Counted from the first letter of the stretch, positions 51,724 to 62,688 are shown. The stretch: 64,000 nt of DNA from an uncultured delta proteobacterium (GCA_963804955.1 CAWDSQ010000005.1:160001-224000), one strand, 5' to 3'. Made by a program: numbers and translations. The notes: a model not told the origin generated them from the letters alone.

Positions 51724-52509
51724 ATGACAGGAGTAAAAGCTTTTTTTACCGTACTGCTCATAATGCCGTTAGGGCATGCACTGACGGTTCTTGCCTTAAA
51801 AGCACCCCCACAGGGGCAAATTTTTATTGCATGTGCCGGCATACTTGCAGCAACCATCCTTATTTATCTGACAAAATATATTGCATCTCCTGCCTGGGAA
51901 ACTTTTGCCGGTATGGTTAGCGGCGTTATTTTATGGGCGAGTCTGGTGGAGATCGGGGTAAAATTAGGGGCGCAAGCAATTTTTGTTGAAGAAAAAAAAG
52001 TGGTTGAATTGTCTCTGGCAATCATTATACCACTGCTGCTGTACCTGGCTTTTAACGAACAGATACGGTGCAATTTTTTCATTTCCTTGAGGAAGGCTTT
52101 GCATCTTACCCGGGGGGAACTGCCGGAGATAGCAATAGATAATTGGGGGCCTCGAGCAGCTTTTAAAATGTTTGCCATTATCTGGATAGGGCATGTGGCG
52201 CTTTTTTTTGCCTATGACAATGATTTTTTCGGGCCGCAGGGGCTGTTTTGCAAACTGTTTTTTCTGTTCTGCCTTGTGTCCGGGATATACCTTTTTTACA
52301 GATTAACCAGGGCGCAGGAGATGGGTTTTGCTTTTCGCTATGCAATGCCCACCGTGATTGTTCTATGGAGCTGCATTGAAACTCTGGTAAAATGGAAAAT
52401 CTTTTCTGAGCCATGGATAACTTTAAACCCCGTTTTTTTGACACTGGTGGTCCTGACATTTGCAGGGGTTCTTGTTGTTATAAAATACACGGCATCAGAA
52501 AAGAAATAG
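51724..52509 (+). CDS. Hypothetical integral membrane protein
   Basis: About 8 hydrophobic segments. Confidence 0.75.
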   Translation: MTGVKAFFTVLLIMPLGHALTVLALKAPPQGQIFIACAGILAATILIYLTKYIASPAWETFAGMVSGVILWASLVEIGVKLGAQAIFVEEKKVVELSLAIIIPLLLYLAFNEQIRCNFFISLRKALHLTRGELPEIAIDNWGPRAAFKMFAIIWIGHVALFFAYDNDFFGPQGLFCKLFFLFCLVSGIYLFYRLTRAQEMGFAFRYAMPTVIVLWSCIETLVKWKIFSEPWITLNPVFLTLVVLTFAGVLVVIKYTASEKK

Positions 52510-52580
52510 GGCTGCTCTCCCGGACTGTATCGGGGGAATATTTGGGGCAACCAGGTACATGCCTGAAATAGTAACGTACG

Positions 52581-52618
52581 AAAGCGGTTGCGGCAATGTG
52601 CTGCAACCGCTTTTTTTT
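52581..52618. terminator. Intrinsic terminator
   Basis: aaagcggttgcggca/tgctgcaaccgctttttttt. Confidence 0.8.
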
Positions 52619-52643
52619 CAAATGAAAAGGGGGTTGTGGTTTT

Positions 52644-52991
52644 CTAGTACTTCACCCCGAGAACATCGAAGACTTTCAAAATTTCCGGCAGGTGTGCGAA
52701 TGCCGGGCCGCCGGCCATGAGCACGGCAACGCCTGCTGCCTCAAGAATCTCTTTGGGCATGGCGCCCTCCTGCACGGCAGCCTGCGTGTGCTGATACATG
52801 CAGGGCTTGCAGTGGCTGGCAACGGCAATCCCCAGAGCGATCAGCTCCTTCTGCTTTTTGTCAAGAGCGCCGGGCTCCATGACTTTTTCGTGCAAAGCAT
52901 AAAATCCCCGGTAGGTTTCGGGAATATGTTTTGACATTTTCTGTTTGGTTTTTGCAACATCCCTGAAAAAATCCTGCACATCATTTGTCAT
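52644..52991 (-). CDS. CMD/AhpD-family protein
   Basis: GALDKKQKELIALGIAV..CKPC..H. Confidence 0.9.
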   Translation of the reverse strand: MTNDVQDFFRDVAKTKQKMSKHIPETYRGFYALHEKVMEPGALDKKQKELIALGIAVASHCKPCMYQHTQAAVQEGAMPKEILEAAGVAVLMAGGPAFAHLPEILKVFDVLGVKY

Positions 52992-53598
52992 CGTCTGTAT
53001 TTCCTTTCCCTGCAAGAGGATTTTCCTTTATAAGGCGCATCCAGTACGAGGAGTACAGCGCTCCTGCCGGGTTATTGACAAGCACGCGGTCCTTGACGAT
53101 CACCGTACTGACAGGCGCTGCCGAATGTTTATTAAAAAGCATGTCATGGCCCAGGCACAGGCCCACTAGAAGATTTAGCTCTGTACCGGCACGGTTTAAA
53201 ATATCAGCCTGCCCCACGGGGTTGCATATGACCTCGGCAGCATTTTCCCGCACTTTGGGCAGGTTGAAATCATCCTTTGCTATGCCGCAGAGCTTGCAGC
53301 AGGCAGAGGTTATCTCGAAGTGGGGGGCAAGCAGCTCCTCCAGCAGCCGCGCCTCGCGGTGCAGCCCTGCGCAAAAGGCCATGCCCAGATGCCGGTAGCC
53401 CATCTTTTTTCCAAAGACTATCACCTCCTGCACGCGCGGCAGCATCATATAGCCCTCGGCCTCCAGCGCTGCCGCGGCTCCCATGATCGCAAGCGCCTGC
53501 GGATCATTTTTGTACAGGTCTGCAATCCCGCCCTTGTCGCCGGTGCAGTCCTTGCCTTTGGTATAGCAATCAAGCGTTTTACAGCGTGCGCAATCCAT
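52981..53598 (-). CDS. DUF1847-family metal-binding protein
   Basis: AFCAGL, CCK, CNPVGQA, GLCLGHD, VKDRVL. Confidence 0.9.
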   Translation of the reverse strand: MDCARCKTLDCYTKGKDCTGDKGGIADLYKNDPQALAIMGAAAALEAEGYMMLPRVQEVIVFGKKMGYRHLGMAFCAGLHREARLLEELLAPHFEITSACCKLCGIAKDDFNLPKVRENAAEVICNPVGQADILNRAGTELNLLVGLCLGHDMLFNKHSAAPVSTVIVKDRVLVNNPAGALYSSYWMRLIKENPLAGKGNTDDDK

Positions 53599-53652
53599 AG
53601 TTCTCCTTATCGCAGCTTAATTTATTCTCGGAGCTTAAAGTACAGTTGGCAG

Positions 53653-53724
53653 GTCATTCTGAGCGCAGCGAAAAATCTCGCGGTTTATTGAACTCAGAGA
53701 TCCTTCGCTGCGCTCAGGATGACA
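53653..53724. repeat. GTCAT..ATGAC palindromic element (family of 7607, 20428, 42742)
   Basis: gtcattctgagcgcagcgaaaaatctc..gagatccttcgctgcgctcaggatgac. Confidence 0.85.
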
Positions 53725-53771
53725 TTTGAAAGCTTTTCGTACAGGCTCTTCGGCCTTGAGTTCAAGTTGCA

Positions 53772-55094
53772 TTATGCATGTTCATCCGGTTTGATTTTTA
53801 CCGCAACCCCTGTTTTTTGCTTTTCCTTCCAGGCTTCATCTGTTGTTTGCTGCTGTATGGCGGCAATCTTTTGAACAAGTGCCGGGTTTTTGCTCTGAAT
53901 CTCAGGCAGCAGCTTCTGAAAAAAAGCGCCCAGAAGCTGCTGGGCTTTTCTGGGCTCCATGGAAGCGATGATTTCACCGGGCATATACGAAAAAAATTCG
54001 TCAAGTTCATCAGCGGTCAGGAGTTCGAACATATTGGCGCCGCCGGGCACTTTTATATAATTGACGAAATTCTCTGTCCACCAGCTGCGGTAGGGCAGAT
54101 ACACCTCATCGCCCCGGAGCCTGTTGTGCAGGGCGGTATGGATGCACGCTGCCGCCTTTGCGCCGGTAAGGGCGGCATGAGTATTGCTGGTCTGGCCGAA
54201 CCATGCGCCATCGCCTGCAATAAACACATTGTCCCGGCAGGGGTTTTTAAGCGGCTCCAAAAGAGTAAGAATGCAGGCAGACCGCCGGAGCACTGTAACA
54301 GTATTGAAATACCGTGAAAGGGCTGAGCTGTTTTGCACCTGTTCAAATCGTTTCTGATACGCGGGCTTGCGGGCAAAGCCGCTGATTATCACGCTCCACT
54401 CCCCCGGTTCAACACTCGGGCATATGCAGAAGACCGAAGGGTCATCGCTTCCCTCCAGCAGATGGATATGGGCGGCCTCTTCCGGCTCAAATCCCGTGAT
54501 ATGCCAGCAGGCCGCGGTTAGCGTGCCGTAAAATTTCCGTTCACGGTTAAAGCCGGCAAAGCGTGCGCACAGAGAATTGTGACCGTCGGCGGCTATAAGA
54601 AACCGTGCCCGGAAGCTGTCTTTGCTGGTATGAACAGTCACACCCTCCGGCGAGGTATCAACGCCGGTAACATTCCGGTCCGGAAAGAAAGAAACGCCCG
54701 CTGCACGTGCGCGGTCCAGGTTTTCCTCAAGGTAGCGGCCCTTGTCAAAGACAAGATGCACCGGAAGATTGTTTTCCCTGACCAGCTTCATGCGGTTGCC
54801 GCTGCGTGAAATATTTATGAAGCTGGGAACGTCGCGGGTTTTTCCGGAGTAGGAAAGGGAAAAATTATTATGTTTAAAGTCGATGGCGCCTTTTTCCTTA
54901 TTAATGGTGATGCTGTCTCCAAAGTAAAACTCATCATACAGAAGCCCTTCCGAGCAGGCACGGGTAAGAGGGGCAAGCCTGCTGCGGCGCTCAATCAGGG
55001 CTGTTTTCAGCCCGAGAGATGAAGCCTTCAAAGCCGCGCCAAGCCCTGCCGGGCCTGCGCCGGCAATAATGAGATCATAGTTTTTCATGCGCAT
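53772..55094 (-). CDS. FAD-dependent oxidoreductase (geranylgeranyl-reductase-like)
   Basis: GAGPAG, LIAADG, IAGDGA. Confidence 0.85.
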   Translation of the reverse strand: MRMKNYDLIIAGAGPAGLGAALKASSLGLKTALIERRSRLAPLTRACSEGLLYDEFYFGDSITINKEKGAIDFKHNNFSLSYSGKTRDVPSFINISRSGNRMKLVRENNLPVHLVFDKGRYLEENLDRARAAGVSFFPDRNVTGVDTSPEGVTVHTSKDSFRARFLIAADGHNSLCARFAGFNRERKFYGTLTAACWHITGFEPEEAAHIHLLEGSDDPSVFCICPSVEPGEWSVIISGFARKPAYQKRFEQVQNSSALSRYFNTVTVLRRSACILTLLEPLKNPCRDNVFIAGDGAWFGQTSNTHAALTGAKAAACIHTALHNRLRGDEVYLPYRSWWTENFVNYIKVPGGANMFELLTADELDEFFSYMPGEIIASMEPRKAQQLLGAFFQKLLPEIQSKNPALVQKIAAIQQQTTDEAWKEKQKTGVAVKIKPDEHA

Positions 55095-55127
55095 ATCCCT
55101 TTCATACTAGAGGGCCGTCAACCGGCA

Positions 55128-55431
55128 TTATTTCTTTGTATACCGCTCATAGGAGAGTTTGGTCGGAGGCAGAGGCATTTTGTGCAGCTTCTTTAAATGA
55201 AAATGACTGTTGAGCGCTATGATTCTGGCAGCCACTAGTATCGTTACCGTAACAAACATGAGCAGTATCGGATTATTTTGAAACAGCTGCAACCTGAAAA
55301 TAAAAAAATAAACTGCCGCGCCCAGTATGCTGGCAGTAGCGTAAAATCCGGATTTCAGTACCTCGGACACCTCTGAGACCAGAAGGCCCGGGATAGGGGG
55401 AATGAATTATGCCTATCGGCGTCAGCTGCAT
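55128..55431 (-). pseudogene. Deletion fusion: TrmO/TsaA-like N-terminus + TRIC (UPF0126)-like C-terminus
   Basis: MQLTPIGIIHSPY ends near 55390; another frame then reads LLVSEVSEVLKSGFYATASILGA. Confidence 0.65.
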
Positions 55432-55433
55432 GT

Positions 55434-56054
55434 TCAGGCCGCGGCCTTTTTCCATATGTTTTTTTGCGCACCTTCGGTGGGGTGAATCCACAGGTACGTG
55501 ATTTCCCCGGGCTCGATTTTTATCAGGTTAAAGCGTTTCAGGGCCTTGATGATTCCCTCATCAAAACTGTCGGCCGCCTGCCCCGGGGCAGCAAGCCTTT
55601 CGGTCATGATTTTCGCCGCCGCAGCATAGACGCCCATGATTTTGAGCCGCTCGATAAATTCCTGTTCATGTCCGGCATAGGGTATGAGACTGGCCGTGCC
55701 GCTTATCTGCAGGCTGCGGTTAAGCACGCTGTGGTCAACGGGATGGTATATGCCGACGGCCACCTTCGGGTTTGAGCGGATATTGCGGATTTTGAGGCCC
55801 GGCTCGCCGGCCAGCCAGAGGGTCAGGCCGTCGACGAAAAAGTCGATGGGTGTAGCGCGCGGCATGCCGTCATGCACGGTGCACAGCACGCAGGCAAGGC
55901 CGTGCTTGAGCGGGCAGCCCGGCTTGTCGGTGGCGCCGGGCTTCGAGCTTGCATCATCAAGAAACGCGCGTATTTCCTTTTCCAGCTCCTGGCGGGTCAT
56001 GGTGTTTTTGTGGATATGGTCCGCCAGGGTTGATTTTTTCTGGGCATCGCTCAT
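55434..56054 (-). CDS. Pyridoxamine-5'-phosphate oxidase-like FMN-binding protein
   Basis: LCTVHDGMPRATP, KIRNIRSNPKVAV, LQISGTA. Confidence 0.8.
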   Translation of the reverse strand: MSDAQKKSTLADHIHKNTMTRQELEKEIRAFLDDASSKPGATDKPGCPLKHGLACVLCTVHDGMPRATPIDFFVDGLTLWLAGEPGLKIRNIRSNPKVAVGIYHPVDHSVLNRSLQISGTASLIPYAGHEQEFIERLKIMGVYAAAAKIMTERLAAPGQAADSFDEGIIKALKRFNLIKIEPGEITYLWIHPTEGAQKNIWKKAAA

Positions 56055-56241
56055 GATGAAATCTCCTTACAAGGTACTGCTGATTAGGGTCTCACCGGTC
56101 TTCATATTTAAAATTATGAGCAGGGGGCCCGGTGGGTCGGGCAGGCCCGAGGCTGCCGCAAGCACCGCGAGTATCTTTTTTTTAACGAAAGCCCTTGAAG
56201 CCTTTCGGTTCCGCCCACGCCGCACTCCTATTTGAATGCTG

Positions 56242-57159
56242 CTAGCTGAATATTTTCTGAAAGAATGATTTTTCAGGCCCCTTTGAAAGGAGAGCTTCCC
56301 AGGCGTCGGCAATGCCCGCAAACGCCGCCGTTGCAGGTGATGCGGGATGATTTGTTACAAAGGGCTTTCCCTCATCGCCGCACACAACCATGGCCGGATC
56401 AAGGGGCACGCGGCCCAGAAAGGGTACCTTCATTGTTTTGGCGATGTTTTCTCCTCCCCCGACCTTGAACAGATCAATCTCTTTGCCGCAATGCGGGCAC
56501 AGCATGCCGCTCATGTTCTCCACGACCCCGATCAGGGGGATTTTGAGCTCCTTGCAAAAAGAGATGCTTTTTTTCGAGTCAAGCAGGGCCACATCCTGAG
56601 GCGTGGTGACGATCACCGCGCCGTCGATAGTCCCTATGGTATGCGCGATGCTCAGAGCCTCATCCCCCGTGCCCGGCGGCAGATCGATAATCAGATAATC
56701 AAGTGCGCCCCAGCGCACATCGCCAAGAAACTGTTTGATCACTCCATGCTTCATGGGGCCGCGCCATACAACGGCATGCTCTTCACTTTTGAGAAAGAAC
56801 CCGACTGACATGACATGCAGATTATCCGCAGCGCAGACAGGCAGCATGCCCGCTCCGGGTGATGCTTCGGGCCGATCCTGATCAAGGCCGAACATTTTAG
56901 GGATATTGGGCCCATGCATGTCGGCATCAAGAATGCCGACCTTTTTGCCCCGGCCGGCGAGAGTTGCCGCGAGATTCACCGCGACCGAGCTCTTGCCCAC
57001 TCCGCCCTTGCCGGAGAGGACCATGAATTTTTTTCCGATAGCGCCCATTGCACGGGCAATGCGCTCCTGCTCCTGCCGCTGTTTCTCTTCCTGCGAGCAG
57101 GCTGATGCGCTGCCGCAGCTCTGGCAGCTTGAGCCGCCGTCGCATGTACTGTCTGACAT
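56242..57159 (-). CDS. Mrp/ApbC/NBP35 Fe-S carrier ATPase
   Basis: SGKGGVGKS, WRGP, DLPPGTGD, ENMS..CPHC. Confidence 0.95.
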   Translation of the reverse strand: MSDSTCDGGSSCQSCGSASACSQEEKQRQEQERIARAMGAIGKKFMVLSGKGGVGKSSVAVNLAATLAGRGKKVGILDADMHGPNIPKMFGLDQDRPEASPGAGMLPVCAADNLHVMSVGFFLKSEEHAVVWRGPMKHGVIKQFLGDVRWGALDYLIIDLPPGTGDEALSIAHTIGTIDGAVIVTTPQDVALLDSKKSISFCKELKIPLIGVVENMSGMLCPHCGKEIDLFKVGGGENIAKTMKVPFLGRVPLDPAMVVCGDEGKPFVTNHPASPATAAFAGIADAWEALLSKGPEKSFFQKIFS

Positions 57160-57275
57160 ATACATTTTCTCCGTCAACAAATTTTTGAGCGTATCTTCTT
57201 AGCAAAGGTCCTTTCCGCCGCGGCGGATGAGGTATCTTTGGTTTTAGCCGTCTGTGCAAACAATTATTTGCTCTA

Positions 57276-57707
57276 TCACTGCAGCCGGTGCTGCATGCGG
57301 CCCCTGCCCAAACCGCGGCCCTCGCCGCCGCCTTCGCGGACCTCGGGCTGCACGGCAAAAGCAAACAGCGCGAACAAAAGGCACACTAGCATAAAAACAG
57401 CCGCAAGCACTTTTGCGGATAGCCGCCCCGAAATCATGGCGCGGGCCGTGCCGGCTATCCAGCTGATGTGCAGAATTATATGGGCTGCCAGCAGGCCTGC
57501 CAGGCAGAGGCCGAGCCACAGATGCAGCGTACCCCATTCGTGCCGGTCAAGGCCAAGAAAAAAAAGATCGACATTGCGGCCATACACGACAAACCGCTCT
57601 TTGCCCGGTATGAGCACGAATTTCATGAGAAAACCGATTCCCGCCAGCGCGGCTCCGCACAGGAGCATGGCGGCATCAATAATGAAATATACCCGTGATT
57701 TGCTCAT
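57276..57707 (-). CDS. DUF4405-like heme-b membrane protein
   Basis: GLDRHEWGTLHLW..HIILH..WI. Confidence 0.8.
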   Translation of the reverse strand: MSKSRVYFIIDAAMLLCGAALAGIGFLMKFVLIPGKERFVVYGRNVDLFFLGLDRHEWGTLHLWLGLCLAGLLAAHIILHISWIAGTARAMISGRLSAKVLAAVFMLVCLLFALFAFAVQPEVREGGGEGRGLGRGRMQHRLQ

Positions 57708-57751
57708 AACCCCCTCCTTCCAAGGTTGCAAAAACGGAAGCGCAGGGGCTC

Positions 57752-57815
57752 AAAATTTGAGCCCCTAAGCCAATTTGAGCCCTTACAGCCAAATTCAGCC
57801 CACAGCCAATTTCAG
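57752..57815. repeat. Three to four imperfect 16-19-bp tandem units
   Basis: aatttgagcccctaagcc / aatttgagcccttacagcc / aaattcagcccacagcc. Confidence 0.7.
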
Positions 57816-58177
57816 TGGCAGCTGTGGGACGCGCAGGCATTGTTCACAGTCAGCTCTTCCAGATCCTCTGCGTTGAAGGTTCCGATAATAGTATCCACCG
57901 TGCCGGGCACGGCCCTGAACACCTTGATGCCCTGAGCATTGAGCATCATGACAGCCCGTGCGCCCATGCCGCCGGTCACCACAACATCCACAGATCTTCC
58001 CTGCAGCGCGGCCACAGGATTGCAGGTGCCGTGCTCATGATGGCTGTTGGCGTTATCGATAATTTCAAGGGCCAGGGAATCGGTGTCGTAAATGGTAAAA
58101 TACGGCGCGCTGCCGAAGTGGCCGTACACCTGGGCTGTTTTTCCTTCTCCTGTTTCCGTGGGAATGCAAATTTTCAT
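57812..58177 (-). CDS. NifB/NifX-family protein
   Basis: HFGSAPYF, HEHGTC, GGMGARA. Confidence 0.9.
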   Translation of the reverse strand: MKICIPTETGEGKTAQVYGHFGSAPYFTIYDTDSLALEIIDNANSHHEHGTCNPVAALQGRSVDVVVTGGMGARAVMMLNAQGIKVFRAVPGTVDTIIGTFNAEDLEELTVNNACASHSCH

Positions 58178-58205
58178 TCTGGTATCCTCTCCTGCTGTTT
58201 TTTTG

Positions 58206-58505
58206 TTATGCGGTTTGTTTACCGGGGGCGCTCCCCGAAATTTTCAAAGCCTTGCCGTTGACAAGGGCATCGGCAACTTTACTGCGGGCTTTATGTACAA
58301 TAGTGGCAAAAGTCTGACGCGAAATTTTCATGCGCCGTGCGGCATCTGCCTGATACAGGCCCTCAAGGTCGGCAAGCCGCAGGGCTTCAAATTCATCAAG
58401 GCTGAGCTCTGTTTCCTCAAGCTCGCACAGGGGCACCGCCCGAGGTTTGAAATAGATGGCCCCCGGCTCACCTTCAATATGTCTGCACTTACAGGGCCTG
58501 GGCAT
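58206..58505 (-). CDS. DUF134 DNA-binding protein
   Basis: MPRP, DEFEALRLAD..Q..AA..M.ISRQTF. Confidence 0.92.
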   Translation of the reverse strand: MPRPCKCRHIEGEPGAIYFKPRAVPLCELEETELSLDEFEALRLADLEGLYQADAARRMKISRQTFATIVHKARSKVADALVNGKALKISGSAPGKQTA

Positions 58506-58527
58506 GAAATTGTCTCCTTGGAATTAT

Positions 58528-58539
58528 TAGCATATGCTA
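58528..58539. promoter_or_regulatory. Palindromic operator candidate
   Basis: Perfect TAGCATATGCTA about 22 nt upstream of the DUF134 start. Confidence 0.5.
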
Positions 58540-58696
58540 CAAACATACGACGTGTTGCGCCTTATGTCAAGGACTGCAGCAAAAATTTGTGTTATACTGT
58601 TTGTCTTGACAGGTATAATTTTTTATGAGATATTTAAAAGTATAAAGATCTAAAGCAATACAGTTTAATTTAAAATCCAGTAAGACCGACGAATAG

Positions 58697-58737
58697 AAAG
58701 CCCATGGGATTTAGATTAATCTCACGGGCTTTTTTTT
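58697..58737 (+). terminator. Terminator-like hairpin in the RRM gene leader
   Basis: aaagcccatgggatt/aatctcacgggctttttttt with no plus-strand gene upstream. Confidence 0.65.
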
Positions 58738-58800
58738 GACCGGAAACTTTAGATGAATAGTTTGCAGGCAAACGCAGTTAACCTACAGGGAGCTCGTAGT

Positions 58801-59100
58801 ATGAATAATAAAATATATGTCGGCAACCTGACGGAACTCATAACTTCTGAGGATCTTAAGGATAACTTCAATGACCTTGGCAAATGTATTTCAGCAAAAG
58901 TCATCAAAGACAGGCTGACGGGAAAATCAAAAGGATTTGCCTTTGTCGAAATGGCCACGGAGCAGGATGCGCAGGAAGTTGTGCGGAAATGCAAGGGCGT
59001 CGAGCTTGACGGAAATAAGCTGACCGTGAGTCTTGCGCGGCCCAAGACCGAGTCGAAAAACGCTGCCGGACCGGGTTTTAAGAAGCGCCGCGCTTTATAA
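58801..59100 (+). CDS. RRM RNA-binding protein
   Basis: RNP2 IYVGNL; RNP1 KGFAFVEM. Confidence 0.95.
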   Translation: MNNKIYVGNLTELITSEDLKDNFNDLGKCISAKVIKDRLTGKSKGFAFVEMATEQDAQEVVRKCKGVELDGNKLTVSLARPKTESKNAAGPGFKKRRAL

Positions 59101-59296
59101 TTTATATACATGGAGATGAAATATGTGTAAAATGCACTGAGAATCACCTGTCGTGACTTCTCGTGCTTTTTCGGGCAAGCCGGACTGGTTTTTGGAGTCC
59201 TTTGTAATCGGCCATAGTGTGGATGCAACAGGAATAAAACAAGATTACCAAAATCCACTCTCGCAAGTACTATTAATAAGAAAGGAGGAAAAAAGT

Positions 59297-59497
59297 ATGG
59301 CTGAAGGTAAAGTAAAATGGTTCAATGAGAAAAAAGGTTTCGGTTTTATTGAGTCTGCTGAACATGGGGACGTGTTTGTGCATTATTCTGCAATTGCACA
59401 ATCAGGTTTCCGTTCACTGGCCGAAGGCGATAATGTTACCTTTGATGTTGAAAAGGGCAACAAGGGTCTTCAGGCGGTTAATGTCAGAACAAAGTAA
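59297..59497 (+). CDS. Cold-shock protein
   Basis: [24 protein letters not shown]. Confidence 0.97.
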   Translation: MAEGKVKWFNEKKGFGFIESAEHGDVFVHYSAIAQSGFRSLAEGDNVTFDVEKGNKGLQAVNVRTK

Positions 59498-59554
59498 GTA
59501 CGCCAACCTGAGCAGGTGCTCCCCGTAACCGGGGGGGCCTGCTTCCAGATCCTG

Positions 59555-59600
59555 AAAGCGGATGAATGTAGGCACCTTTCTACCTTCATCCGCTTTTTTT
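59555..59600 (+). terminator. Intrinsic terminator
   Basis: aaagcggatgaa/ttcatccgcttttttt. Confidence 0.8.
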
Positions 59601-59765
59601 ATGCGCTCTGCCGCGTCCCGTGCAGCGGTGGAAATGTTTTTGTGCGCCCGGGATCCCGCTGTGTTCCGAGTCGTAACATTCTTTAATCTGCTGCACGCCG
59701 AAGCAGGCTCCTGTGCCTGTGAAAATAAGCATGCGTCATTGCCGCCCTGTGATATACTTATTTCC

Positions 59766-60663
59766 ATGAAACGGCTGTTTGTTCTGGTACTTATTATGTG
59801 CTGGCTGGCGCCGGCTCTCGCATTCGCCCCGCTGCGGACGCAGCACTTTGTTTTTTATGCCGGGGCCGAGGGGCAGAAGGCGGCAGCATATCTGGCTCAG
59901 AGCGCCGACGCAATCCTGCAGCAACATGGCGGCAAGCCTGGGCATGCAGGCAGGCGCTGTGATTGATGTGTATGTGGTGCAGGAGTTTGAGGAATTGTAT
60001 CGGGCGCGGCCCGATGCCGGCCGCCTGCCATCATGGGCAGCGGGTGCGGCATATCCTGAAAAAAATCTTATCGTGCTTCTGCTCAACCGCAGCGCCGACC
60101 TTGATAAAACCTTTCTGCATGAGACGCACCACATGCTGCTGGGGCAGGCTTTCAGGGGAAGCGAGCGGGTGCCGCGCTGGCTTGATGAAGGGCTTGCCAT
60201 GATCTGGGCCGATGAATGGAGCCTGTCGCGCCTGAACACCATGACCATGGCCGTTCTTTCCGGTAAACTTCTGCCCATGGATGAGCTTGCCGGGCATTTT
60301 CCCGCTGATCTGCGCAGCGCAGAAATCGCCTATTGCCAGAGCTTTTATTTTATTGCGTTTCTCAAAGGGGAATTCGGCAATGAAGCGTTCCGGCGGTTTT
60401 TTCTTGAATATATCAAGCATAAGGACTTTACGGGCGCGCTGCGCCTGGCCTACCGGATGGACTGGCCCGAGCTTGAAAAGCTCTGGCTGAAACACACCAC
60501 CCTGCGCTTCAGCTGGATACCGCTTATCACCAGCACGTCGACCCTGTGGTTCGCGGCAGCGCTTCTGTTCATAGCCGGCTATATTCGCAAGAAGCGCAAG
60601 GCGCGGCAGATTTTGCTTGCCTGGCAGCAGGAGGAGTCATGCTCGCCCGATACGCGGCATTAA
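59766..60663 (+). CDS. Peptidase MA-like zinc metallopeptidase with C-terminal anchor (frameshift near 59915)
   Basis: Signal peptide; HETHH..PRWLDEGLA. Confidence 0.85.
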
Positions 60664-60706
60664 AAATTAAACACACGGGCGGGCAGGGCTGCGCGCTTCC
60701 TTAGCG

Positions 60707-62057
60707 TTACGTTCGTTCATCATAACAAAAGGTTTTGAGCGCATCGTAGAGCACCTTGATGCCGAAGGTCAGCTGCCTGATGCTGGTGCGCTCATTGTGG
60801 CCGTGAATGCGGTCGATGGCGTCAATGGAGGGCTCCATCTGGACGCCGTAGCAGGGAATGCCCAGCTGCCGGAAAAACCGGGAATCGGTTGCGCCCGGAG
60901 ACATATAGGGGAGCATGCACGCTTTGGGGTCAGTGCGGATAAAGCTTTGCTCCAGTACGCGGTAAAAATCGGTGTCGCAGGATGATTCTGATGAAAGAGA
61001 TCCCGACATTTCAATGGAGTAGTCGCCGCAGTCGTGAGCATCGAGAATGTGAGCAAGCGTTTTTTTAAACTCCTCAGGCGTTTCGCCGGGGAGAATCCGG
61101 CAGTCGACCTCGCAGGAGCACTCTCCGGGAATGACATTGGTTTTGCTGCCGCCGGCTATCAGCGTGGGCACGGCCGTATTTTTTACCAGCGCTGCAATAA
61201 TGCGCCGCAGCACAGGGTCTGCAATGCGCTCGAGCACGGCAGTGCACCGTGATGCATCAAGAAGCCCTGCACAGTCAGCCTCCGGCATGAATCTGCTGCA
61301 CTGCTGCAAAGCCGCGAAGAAATTTTTCAACAGGCGGAGTTATTTTTACCGGGAAACCGTGACCGGCCAGGGCCAGCACAGCCCGCGCCATAGTAACCAC
61401 GCAATTATCATCATGGGGCACGGAAGCATGGCCGGGCCTGCCCCTGAAGGTGATGCGCGTCCAGCAGGCAGCCTTTTCCGCAACCTGGCACAGGTAGATG
61501 GTGCTGGTGTCGCTTGAAAAGCCGAGCCCCACGCCTTCATTGATCACATAGCGCGTGCGCAGCTTCCCGGGATGATGCTGCAGGAGCCACTGCACGCCCC
61601 GGGCGCCGCCGATTTCCTCATCGGCAGTGGCGGCATATATGATTTTCTTTTCCGGCTCAAGCCCCTGCCGTTTCAATAGAGCCATGGCCATGAGCTCCAT
61701 GATCCCCAGCGACTTGCAGTCAACAGCTCCGCGGCCCCAGATCTCGCCGTCGAGAACGGCGCCGGAGAAGGGCGGATGCAGCCATTTGTCGGCCTCTGCA
61801 GGAACTACATCGATATGGTGCAGCAGCAGCACATCGGCTGCAGCTTCGGAGCCGGTAAAACGCGAAATGAGATTGCCTCGCCCGGGAGCTGATTCAATGA
61901 TCTCACAGGCAATATCCTCACGCTCAAGCGCTTTTTTGAGAAAAACAGCTCCGGCTGTTTCATTGCCGGGAGGATTGGTCGTATTGACTTGCAGATAGCG
62001 CACCAAAAGGTCGGACGCTTCTTTTTCTATGCTGTCCCAGTCGATTGAACCTGTCAT
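60707..62057 (-). CDS. M20/M25/M40 metallopeptidase (frameshift near 61325)
   Basis: HHIDVV, WGRGAVDCK, ADEEIGG, GATDSRF, IHGHNE. Confidence 0.92.
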
Positions 62058-62281
62058 ACCAACTCCATGATTGTACCCGGGCATATGCGGTATACGCCCA
62101 AGATAAAACATTATTGATCTTACCGATAGTAGTACAACTCCCCATAAACAAGGGGGTAAAATGCCGGACACGAACCTGAAGGAATCAGTCAATTGTAGGC
62201 CGGACAAAGCATAGCGTGTCCGGCTATCGAAAAGGCCTTGAGCTATAATTTGTCCAGCCGCGCTCCCCACAAACTATTTAA

Positions 62282-62480
62282 TCCCCCTTTGAAAAGGGGG
62301 AATACAGGGGGATTATGTGGCAGCCTACAAATCCCCCTAACCCCCTTTGCTAAAGAGGGAATTTTTTTGCCCCATCTTTCCTGCGGACCCCAGAAATTAG
62401 CTCCCCTTTGAACAAGGGGGGGATACAGAATGATTGCAGCGGACAAATAAGCCGGCATGATCCCTTTAACATAGGGGAAT
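62282..62480. repeat. Four CCCCTTT-N-AAGGGG palindromes
   Basis: Copies near 62282, 62341, 62401 and 62461. Confidence 0.75.
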
Positions 62481-62688
62481 TTTTGACAGAAATTGTTTTG
62501 ATTACGGGAGATGTAATCGTTACGGGTCAATGCCCCGCAGCTTGCTGCGCATGATTTATACAACTAAAATATCTTTGATATCCCGTCCGCTTGCGGCATG
62601 GTAGTTCATTTTCATCCTGCACAATCAAATTTGAAGGACTGTCCGGGGCAAGTTAGGTAGAGCCCATTATGCAGAATAGTGATTCTGC

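Noticed and set aside
57752..57815. Iterons or CRISPR
   Set aside because: Short, degenerate, unspaced and intra-operonic; no rep or cas gene.
57812..58177. Nitrogen fixation
   Set aside because: NifB/NifX-family genes with DUF134 and Mrp are common in non-diazotrophs; no nifHDK in the window.
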